64,000 nucleotides of DNA from Epiperipatus broadwayi. Taxonomy: Eukaryota; Animalia; Onychophora. The stretch spans positions 16,678,001 through 16,742,000 of the forward strand of contig JAQFVV010000008.1 in assembly GCA_028023455.1 (NCBI GenBank). Direction: 5' to 3'. The notes below the pieces were generated by a model. That model was not told the DNA's origin. It ran no database searches and was given only the letters and a program-made list of their open reading frames with translations. Positions 53,790-64,000 of this stretch are shown one piece after another. The stretch's first letter is position 1. Every line of letters begins with the position of its first letter. The translations under genes were made by a program, and so were the position numbers.

Positions 53790-56009
53790 GGGTGGGGTCG
53801 CAGGAGTCTCCGGTTCCTGCAGGACCTAGACCGGTGCTAATCTATGGATTAGGAGCCCAGGCACATGGCATCTGGTCTGCTCATGTGCAATTTGACCATA
53901 TGACGCATGAATCATACAAGTTATACATGAAAATAAAGTAGTAATATGATATTGAACTGTGAAAGCAAAACTATAGAGTAGGACTGCAAACATGGTCTAT
54001 ATAATAATAATAATTACGTAAACCTTCCACCCACCCACATATATTATTAATTCATTTCAATATTCTAAAGTTTCCCTTGACAAGTATAGAGAACTTGAAT
54101 GAAAATTAAAACCCGCTCACAATAATATAATCAATAATTTTAACTTAACAATCTTTAATATTATAATAGATATTACACAGGGTATTAATCTTTCATAATC
54201 CCGCAGATAGTTTGACAACTTCTGTTCACTTTATCAATGCACGACAATGTTTCATTTACAGACATAGAGTATACAGGTAAAGCTATGCAGACATTTGTAT
54301 AATGATGTGATATTACCTCCGCGTGATAGACACTGGATATAACAATACTGGGGGGGTTATTAATTTTATTTTATTCACAATACAAACAGAATATGAATTG
54401 GATTATTGCTATCCTACCACATGAACTAAGGTTTTGGCATAAATACGTTTACATATATATATTCTTAAACATATAAATTTAAATATACTGATCTTTATTT
54501 TAGATTAATTATTTACATTTATATTTTTTTAAACATTTGGATATAAACGAATTTTTAGATTAATCATTTACATATAGATATTTTTGAAACATATAAATTT
54601 GAATATAAACTGATCTTTAACTTAATCGTAATAGACACATAAGGTTTCTAAATTGTACATAATATTTAACATTCAACTATGTGTTAGTTTAAATATCTGT
54701 AAAATCTATATAATTAATATATTTAATGAAATTCTAATTGACATGATGGGAGGTGGGGGGGGGATACAAAAAAAATCTGTTAATAGTTTTATTTTAATGG
54801 TTTTAAAGTTGTAAGGCTAGGCGATTTCCAATTGAATTGTCCCAGAGGAACGCTAAGAGTTGGGAGCGTCAACAATTCTATCTTTTAATTTAGTCCCTCC
54901 ATCATTCAAAGTGACATAATAAAAATAAAAACAAATTAACTATTGTTGTATCAAATATTTAGGCCAGTAAAACCTCGACATATAAAATCTTAATAAGAGT
55001 TAATAAGTTAAAACTGTGTAAAGATAAGTGCTATATAATTAATTAGAGTTACATGACTTTAAAGAATGGATTAAATACATATTACCAGCTAGCTAATGGA
55101 CATCTTCATGTTAGCAGACTTGTGAACAACTTCTTGGATGTAAAGACTGGTAAGGTTATAATGGACAGCGGCTGGATCTTGGTACTGGGATGGAACTACT
55201 TCTTGGATGCCTGCTTCCCCAGGTGATTGCAGAGAAGTTAATGCCCATCTACTCGTACATGATTCTAGGGATAGTATGCATTTTTCTTTCTTCAAACACT
55301 TTTATGACTGTTATTTATTTTATGTTATATTTTATATCTATTCTTTTTTTTTTAACAATGCCCCATTCTCTCCTTATATACTCTTATCTTTCTGGGGCTG
55401 TATTTCGTGAGTTTTCTTAATGACTTTCAATCTAATTTCTCTAATTGCTGTTCCATCTTAAATTTGCTTCTGCAGTCCTTCATGCCGCTGCATAGGTTTC
55501 CTGATCTTTTGTTTCTGTTTCTTATTTTAAACCTTAAAATGTGTAGTCATTCAAATGTGCCAAAATGTAACTCTTTCGGCTGATTATTATGCTAGATTAG
55601 GAAATAAGGCACTTACATAACTTTAGTAATGGTTTGCTTTCATTACCTGGCCTATCTCCCATTGTATGAAATACATTTCACTCCTATTATTTAATTGATC
55701 ACGCTCTTTTCTTTAATAAAATATTTTCTTCTTAAACTTAAAATGTGGCGTGATTTAAATACCTTTTAACTTTAAAGATTTCTGAATTGTACACACATGC
55801 ACAGGTACTAGTATGTCCGAATATGTATATAAATATATGACATACGCTGGGAAATAGTTTTAGATTTGAACAAACATGAAGCATGCATATCTGCTTGCAG
55901 GTATGCACCACTTCAATATATGTACAGTTATATTTAAATTAATACAATACATTGTATATAATGTTTATATATTTACATATTAAGTTTTCACAGATTACAC
56001 TTAAATTTT

Positions 56010-57270
56010 AATGAGCCTAATGCATATATATCTTTATGTATTTTTTAAAAATCACTTTTATATGTATTGATCTCTTCGCTGATTATTTGAAGCTTTTGTA
56101 TAAATTAATTTTTACATTTCTAATATATATGTATATTTTTTTATAACTTTTATTATCATTTTTCTTATTAAACTGATTTATTTTCAACACTTTAACTATT
56201 TCTATTCTAATTTTATTCATGCATTACCTATTTTTAATGTAATTGTGCATTTTTACTTTTTTTAAGTTTTCCTCTAATTTAAACTATGTTCCGCTATCTT
56301 TCAAATCTTTTGACTTAATATTTTATTTTAATTTTTTATTTTTTACTTTGTATACTAACTCCTTCCAACCATTAGTTCTATTTTTTAATCAATATATTTA
56401 TTTAAATTTGGCCTATCCCAAGTTAAATAACAACTTGGGTTTAAAAACACTACTTTTATAAAAGTTAATTAAAATAAATGTATAGATTAAAAAATAGAAC
56501 TAATAGTTATGAAAAATACTAATAGAGGAAGTTAGTATACAGAGCAGAAGATAAATAGTTTTGAAATTTTATTTAGTTAAAAGGGTACTTAGGTATTAGT
56601 CCAGCAGTGAAATTTTAGTCTTCATTAAAATCATTATGATTATCTACGATTGCCCAATATTTGATGTTTTATTTCATTAATTAAGTAAATTTAATTTTCA
56701 AAGATAAGTTGAAGATCTCTAGAGTATTTTTATACATACTACATATTCTTTATTAACTTCTAGCTACCACTGATCTACTTATTCTTTAAAAATAGCCATC
56801 TTTTGCCATGTAAATAAATTGACATTAATACAGAAAGTAGAATTATTATTTACGAACTTTGTTAAAATGATTCTTTAAATCTTTGAAAGTTAAATTTATT
56901 TAATTAAATAAATAAAACATACTATCAAATATTTAACAATCATAAATAATGAAGACTAAAACTTCACTGCCGGACAAATACCTAAGTACCATTAAAAGAT
57001 TTAGAAGGTAAATTTAAATTTAAAAAAAAAAAAATTTTCAAAAAGTAGAAATACGTAATTATATTTAAAATAGATTAAAATTACAATAGAATAGTTAAAA
57101 TTATGAAAATAAACCAATTTAATATAAAAATTTGTATTAAAAGTTATAAGTATATAATTATATGTATAAAAATGTAAAAAATAATTTATACAAAATATTC
57201 AAATAATAATAGAGAAGAGGTTAATATTTATAAAATTGATTTTTTAAAAATATATAAAGATATATATGTA
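56010..57270. repeat. Old AT-rich foldback (about 400-bp arms) interrupted by a nested MITE
   Basis: 56010-56410 pairs with 56465-56582 plus 56992-57270, for example catatatatctttatgta/tatataaagatatatatg and attagttctatttttt/aaaaaatagaactaat. Confidence 0.7.
56583..56991. mobile_element. MITE with about 45-bp TIRs, flanked by TTAAAA direct repeats
   Basis: GGGTACTTAGGTATTAGTCCAGCAGTGAAATTTTAGTCTTCATTA pairs with TAATGAAGACTAAAACTTCACTGCCGGACAAATACCTAAGTACCA. TTAAAA lies at 56577-82 and 56992-97. Confidence 0.85.
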
Positions 57271-57353
57271 AAAATCTAATATATAAATTTATAAAGTATT
57301 AAAAATAACATGTTACATTAATTTAAGTATATCTTTATATGTATAAAATTACT

Positions 57354-57917
57354 AAACATCACATGATTACCAGGGTGGCACTATTGTATAGAGAGTTTTG
57401 CCTGTTTAATGTATAAAATTATTAATTATGTGTTTATATATATTTGAATATTATAGCTCTGATGAAAATTGCTTATCAATCAGAACTATTAGGAAATATT
57501 TTCAATAAATAAATAAAAATTAATACATTGTAAAAAAATAAAGGGTATTAAATAGTATTTATATATATACCACTTGTATTGTTATGGGAAGGCAGTCTCT
57601 GCAAGGGCATAATGGCAAAAATCAACATTTAAAGTAAATATTATGTCCAAATATGATGGTAGTTAGCAGTCATATATAATCTTATAGTAACTAATTTTCA
57701 ACCTTTTACTATTGATCACACCAAGCACTATCTAATCTTTGTGATTAATAAAAAATATAATCTAAAGATAGCTTTTCAATTATACTTAATGTTAATAAAG
57801 GTAATGAATGATACTGGAAACCATCTACAAAATGAAAGGCTATCCTGTGAATTTGATCCTAACTTTTTTGTATCTATTATTAACTCTTTTAAACCATCAA
57901 ACATCACATGATTACCA
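57354..57917 (+). repeat. 526-bp segment flanked by exact 19-bp direct repeats (possible retroposed insert with TSD)
   Basis: AAACATCACATGATTACCA occurs at 57354-57372 and 57899-57917. Confidence 0.6.
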
Positions 57918-58062
57918 TTCTTTATGCTTATATGTGCTATATTAACTCTTTTCTGTTATCTCTTCTAGATTCTAGCTAACATAATGTATAAACTTTGAGA
58001 ATGATGATTGCACAATTTGCTACTCTTAACTTTTTGGACATGGATATAAAACATAGATATAT

Positions 58063-58541
58063 TAAAGAAGAGAGTGGAACCGCTCTTTTCTTATTAAAAT
58101 TCTCTGTTCCAGTGCTTAAGATTTGATTGGCTGGTTGTAGTCATAATTGTTTGAGAGATTTGCACTCTCTCATTTATTTCAATATCGACTGCGCTTTATA
58201 AAAATATTATTATTTACATATATTGCTGCAAATTTATAACATCGAAAAACTACGGTGTAGTAAATTGAAAGATTTCACGCTCTATGTTTATAATTTGATT
58301 TCAGATAATTAAGTGTGATGATATTTAAGATTCACGCTTTCAAATATAAGTACTTTGGACTGGCTTGGATATATATTAAGACAAGTAAAGAAGAGAGTGG
58401 AACCGCTCTTTTCTTATTAAAATTCTCTGTCCCAGTGCTTAAGATTTGATTGGCTGGTTGTAGTCATAAGCGCTTGAGAGATTTGAACTCTCTCATTTAT
58501 TTCAATATCGACTGCACTTTATAAAAATATTATTATTTACA
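58063..58541. repeat. Pair of 156-bp direct repeats, each starting with a 13-bp-stem hairpin
   Basis: 58063-58218 and 58386-58541 are about 96% identical. Hairpin AAGAAGAGAGTGG-AA-CCGCTCTTTTCTT. Both copies end in TTATTTACA. Confidence 0.9.
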
Positions 58542-58849
58542 AGAAAGATAATAAAATGAGAATATAATGAGTTAACAAATTAACATATTTTAAATTAAAA
58601 TAAATAGAAATACAATAATTATACCATGGTTTATGTGTGTATATCAAGTGGTTTGAATGCATTTGTCAGATATATATTATTCTTCTAGTCAAATATTAAT
58701 TTTATTATTATCCACTAATATTTATGGAATACTATCATTAAATTATGGATTTAATAATATAATTAATACTTAACAACATGAAAGAATGGAAAAAAATATT
58801 ACTAAATTTTATTTTCACAAAATCATTTATTCTTGCAAAGGCAAGAATA

Positions 58850-59700
58850 CCATCTCAAAAAGGGGAAAAAAATCCATTTATATAAGAATAAATCTCCATA
58901 AGATATGCATTGTCTATGCATTTCAAATTCAGATCTTTTTAAATTGGAAATAATTAAATTTCTAATAGTAATTTTTTTGTTTTCAGAGGTAGTCTGTTTA
59001 CATATTTTTAGGTCCATTGTACATACATTAAATGTTAATCAAAAAGAATTATTAATTTAAGAGTTGGTTTAACTTTCTTAGCATATTATTCACTAAATCC
59101 ATGTGTAGATTATCCACTGATGTCACTGCTAATTGAGTTTACTAATTTGTTGTTTCTTCATTTAGTATACAACTAATACCTTTTCGCCTTTAGCCAATCA
59201 TTTAAGAATGTAAAAGTGTAAAAATTACTTATCTTTGTTACATGGGAATGAATATATGAAAAAAATATTATTTCATTGTAGTAACTTAGTTTCCTTATGC
59301 AGACTTAAAGATAAGGTCTTTTCTATTGATGGATTTATGATTTATTGTCATATAAACATTGTTGATATATTTTTTATTCACCTAGTTTCACTATTGCAGC
59401 AAATATTGATTGCTAAAACTGTTTTGACTGAATTACCTTTGAAGTATGAAATTGTTAAAAATATTCTTTTCAATGTCTTTTATAAGCTTTTTCTGTCATT
59501 TTCCACCTACCTATCAAAACACATTTCTCACAGTTCAGGAGCTAATTTCTTCATCACGGAGTTTTGGAAAACATCTCTGATTTTTGTACTGTTTTCCAAA
59601 TCCTTAACTATTTTTGGCTTCCATGAACGACTGGTCATTTTTCAAATTGTAGCTTTTATTATTTTTAATTTTATGCAAATTAATTTTATAATTTGAAGTT
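58850..59700 (-). pseudogene. Faint hAT transposase relic
   Basis: Minus-strand SCILNEETTN**TQLAV resembles SxxxDESTDxxxxxQLA. WK...KRH lies upstream and a possible HCxxH-like region downstream. Confidence 0.3.
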
Positions 59701-62499
59701 GTTTTTTTTAATATTACAGTTTGTTAAGCTGAATTCTTTACAATAAATTGGAGACTAGATTATTATTCTCATTATCAGATAAATTCATTTAAATATATAT
59801 CTTTGGCAATTATATTTTTTAACTGATTATACTTAACTCTATAAAAGCAGACAATATATATTTGCGAAAACAACCTTACCCTCCACTACAGCAAAAGGTG
59901 GAATTTTAGCTAAATGGTCTTGGCAAGCACGCATTATAAATTGTAAAATTTGTGATACTTGTACCAATATTAAAAATTGAAATTATTTATATTCTAACCT
60001 AGGATAATTCAAAAGTTGCTTAAACAATCTTCTTTTCAATGTTTCTTTCAAAATCAAATTGTTCCAAATATTTAAATAAACAATAGATATTATTAGATAA
60101 TGCAAATTTGTCTGTAACATATATATATATGGTATATATATCTTTCCATATAATAAATTAATATTCATTTATTTATATTTCATTCAGCCTTTCATAATCA
60201 TAATACCATTACATCAAAATCTTTACTTTCATTACTTTTCTAATTTAAATCTCTGCATTCTTTTATATTATTTTAATTTAAATTTATATCAATGTTGTGA
60301 TGATTCACAATCATCACAATATATGCATAATTTTTTTGGTTGAATTTTTGGAGAAACATTATAATTGCTTTTATTGTATTTAGAAACATTTTATCAAGAA
60401 TGTAAATGTTGAGGATTTCAAATTCATTTAGAATTCATACAAAAAAGTAAAAACAAAAAAAAAAAGAGAAGCATTAGTTGTAAACAATAATGAATCTTGA
60501 TAATGTTAACATTTTATCATATTATTATCAAGACAAGACTTATTAATCTATGTATATTCTTTTCTTTATTGAAACAATCATACAGCTTATTCATTTACAG
60601 GAGATCCTTAATGTAAAATTACTTAAACTTTTATAATTTAAATAATTATTAAAGGCTAATTTTCTAAATTCTTTACATTTCCTATGTATTGCTGTAAATA
60701 TAAATATTGTAATTTGTTTGTTTATTGTAGCATTATGTAATTCAATTAAATTCCAAATTTTAGAAACATAGAGAGTAGATCATAGTAGGAATATAACAAT
60801 TTTTATATAAAGATAAAATTCCTTTTATTTTAATATACATCCAGTTAGCTTATAACCTTTTCTTTTCATCTCAACATAATAATGTAAAATAAACAAATTA
60901 AATCAATAAGTTTTATTAATTTTAGTTTCTTTAACTTTTATTTTTTTCATTTATTTCATTTAATCCTTTTTCTTCAACCATTATCGTCCTCTGTATCAAC
61001 ATCTTCAATTATTTTGCACAAAAATTTTCTTTTTTGATCCTTTATCAATCCAAATTAATTCTAAACTATGGTCATCTTTCTTATTCACAAGCATATAATT
61101 TTTTTTACTTTGTAAAATTACTACTACCAGCTTTTGTTTATTTCCTATCTTTTATTGCTATGAATAAATTTTTCATTAGCATTATCAAATTTATTTATCA
61201 TTAGTATTAATGCCAACATAGAATAACTACTTTTTTTTTTTTATCTTTTCCTTCTTAATAATCATATGATTAGTAAAAAGATGTTTACTTATATTCTTAA
61301 GTCATTTCTTATAGGGATAATCATTATCATCATCATTGATCTTATATATGTATTTTTAAAATTAAGATCATATTTAATATATTTTGTTGATTACCTTTAA
61401 ATTATTTTTAATCAACAATTTTATTATTATTTTCATAAAATTTCTCCATATTTTAAAATCAATACTCTCATTTTTAATATCTTCCAAAAAAAAGTAAGTA
61501 TGGTTTCTAAATTAAGTAATACTTTCTGAGTTTTTTATTTTATCTATAATTTAGATTTATGTCTATTCCTTCTATCATTAATTCTATATATTAAACTAAA
61601 TAAATATCTAAAAAATTCTAAAAGTTTAAGTAAATAAATATCTATTAAAAATGTCATTTGTTTTATCATTACAATTATCGTTTATAATTCTTCTCATAAA
61701 TAATAACCTGTATCTTTTGCTATTTTACTACCATTTTGATTTTGCTTACTTATCATCCTTGCTAAATCCCATTCCAATATAAATCATATTCATATATCAA
61801 ACTTCCAATAATTTTTTGTAATAAATAATCATAATGATTTTCATAATCTTTTATTTCCTTTGAATTCATTTTTAGGATAATAAGTGTGTATAAAATTTTT
61901 CATTTCTATTTTGATGTTTGTAGAGCTTGAAAATTCCAGTTTCACTTTCCATATAATACAATTTTTCACATTTATAAAAGGAAATAGATTATTATAAATT
62001 AATTTAGATATCATTATATTTTTAAAATTATTCATTTCTCCTAATCCAAATCAAAAACAATCTTATTAAATGGATTTTTATTTTTATTAGTATTTTGTCT
62101 ATAACACAGTAAATATAGTAGATTATTCTAATTTTATCTGTATTACAAATCTCAGAAAACTTTGCACTTTCAAAATTCTTAAATATTTTATTTTTAGAAT
62201 TATCATTATCCAAGTTCAACTGTTATAGATTTTTATCAATAGCTTCACTACAGTTACGACTTTTATTAAGTCATGTTTTCTCTTTCAAAATTCTCAAGTA
62301 TTTTAATATTTGAATTATTATCATTGAAATTATTACAGATTATATAATTAAATAATTACTATTTAGTATTTTATAATCATTATCTTTTAACAATAAACAG
62401 TTTAAATGATTAATAGCATTGCAATTATAATATTTTAAATATCTATGGTAGTTCAGAATTAATTGATTACAAGTATTACATAAAAAGTAATCCACTGTT

Positions 62500-64000
62500 G
62501 TTTCATTCTATATAAAAATAATTGAACTTCATTAAACTGATTCTCATATTGTAACTTGAACTCTATTTTTATATCCTTTACATTATCATTTAGACAACAG
62601 AACAAAAAACACCTTTGTCAGCATTTAAAAATATATTCTTATCATTTCAATTTTCAAGATTTTAAGGCAATTATAGCAATGTGAGTCCCCTTATATTTTT
62701 ATAACAATCACAAAATTAAATTATTGATCAAATATACAAAGACTGTTTTTAGTATTAGCTCCATAGTATCTCCAGAATATATTAATCCATTGTAATTTAA
62801 AATTTTTGATCAATTCAAATACAACTTCCACATAGTATATATGTCCAGTAATAGTTTAGGTGCTTTGTTTTATTCCTGCTATGATGTATTACTCTGCTGA
62901 CATTTGTGTCTGGTAATATTTATTCAAAGTTTCCATTTACGATGTCATAGCAAACAAGAATCCTGGCATGACTATTCTACATCAAATAAACTGACCCTTT
63001 CCATTTTAGAAGATATTAAACAGTTCAGTCCGCCACAGTGACTTTTTTACCCCCCCCCCCCCCAATATAATATATCTCTCACATCATTTGTAAGTAATAC
63101 AATTTTATAGTTAAAAATATACATTTACAGCTAAAACTTTATATATTTGTGGGGGGGGGGGGTCTAAAATTTTATATATGTTTTTTTTTTAAAAATAAAT
63201 AAATTAAAATATAACATTAAACTTACAACTAAAACTTTGTTACAGCTCACCATTTTAAAAATGCTTCAGGGTTCTTTTTCATATTTCTTCTTTTTCCATA
63301 ATAAATATATATCTCCACCATTGGAAAGTTTTTTTTTTTTTAATTTGAAGTTTGGTATGACACATGTTGGGTACTTATGATAGCACAAAGTACTGCTTTA
63401 TGCCAGGAGGGGGGAGAATGGCTTTACATGAAGTGTCATAATAAAAATTCACAAAAAGTACCATATTAAAAAGTCACTACTACTTGTTTTTATTTAGTAT
63501 TGTAATGTGTTTTTTTCTTTTTTTTATACTGAAGATATCTATTTTCTTTTTTTTTTAAATTTGAATTTTCATACTACATTTATGACATATTACTCCTGGT
63601 GACGTATAAGTTCGCGATATCTTTAAAATAATGCCTCCATGGGATCTGCAGACACATTTGATCAATTAAGTTTGTCCACACATTCCTTGGAGGTGTTATT
63701 TTAAACATATCCCCAACTTAGAATAATACATCACCGGAGTAATACGTTATAACAGGAATAATATCAAAGTACCATATTTTAATTTTATATTTCCAATTTG
63801 CTTAGGTTTATTACAAAATAAACTCTATTTAGGAGTATATATTTCTTTGAGAAGAACAAATATACATAAAGTAGATGTGTCAGCCATATTTTGAATTAAA
63901 AATTCAATATAGGATTTATGTTTAAACAATTCCAAGATGTTCAAGTAGCTGATCATGTAATAGATCTTATACATTGATCAAAATTGATTTGTTTACTCTT
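62500..64000 (-). pseudogene. Highly degenerate non-LTR retrotransposon, possibly R4/Dong/NeSL (RLE) clade, interrupted at about 63034-63580
   Basis: Minus-strand RT-like fragments near 63880-63980 (HDQLLEHL / NINPILNF..IW.THL) and faint RLE-region similarity at 62550-62900. Confidence 0.3.

Noticed and set aside
59235-59696. 153-aa plus-strand ORF
   Set aside because: It has the F/L/I-rich composition typical of an antisense shadow of a minus-strand coding relic.
60900-62300. Minus-strand K/N/I-rich short ORFs
   Set aside because: Extremely AT-rich, with no identifiable motif. It may be a decayed coding relic but cannot be assigned.

Overview
AT-rich eukaryotic (probably invertebrate) genomic DNA, mostly non-coding and full of transposable elements. 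The only confident host coding sequence is an 883-nt exon (31717-32599, +) encoding a PARP14/PARP9-like macro domain with atypical ligand-pocket residues. Recognisable TE relics are an L1/Tx1-clade LINE (20337-23465), a 5'-truncated RTE LINE (29578-31249), three hAT non-autonomous elements with 8-bp TSDs, a mariner relic, a Merlin/ISXO2-like relic, and fainter hAT and RLE-LINE fragments. The most striking structure is a set of non-coding elements with Gypsy-LTR/Ginger-like TGT...ACA termini and 4-bp A(T/G)AT target duplications. Two are giant foldbacks: 3914-9901 with about 2.2-kb arms and 47352-52762 with about 1.6-kb arms. One is a solo-LTR-like unit nested in an arm of the second, and further partial members share a subterminal TGGCGCCCT motif. 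Several smaller hairpin elements, an array of bulged mini-hairpins (1680-2070) and an Illumina adapter remnant (9042-9057) are also present. All alignments and identity values were done by eye; no database searches were run.
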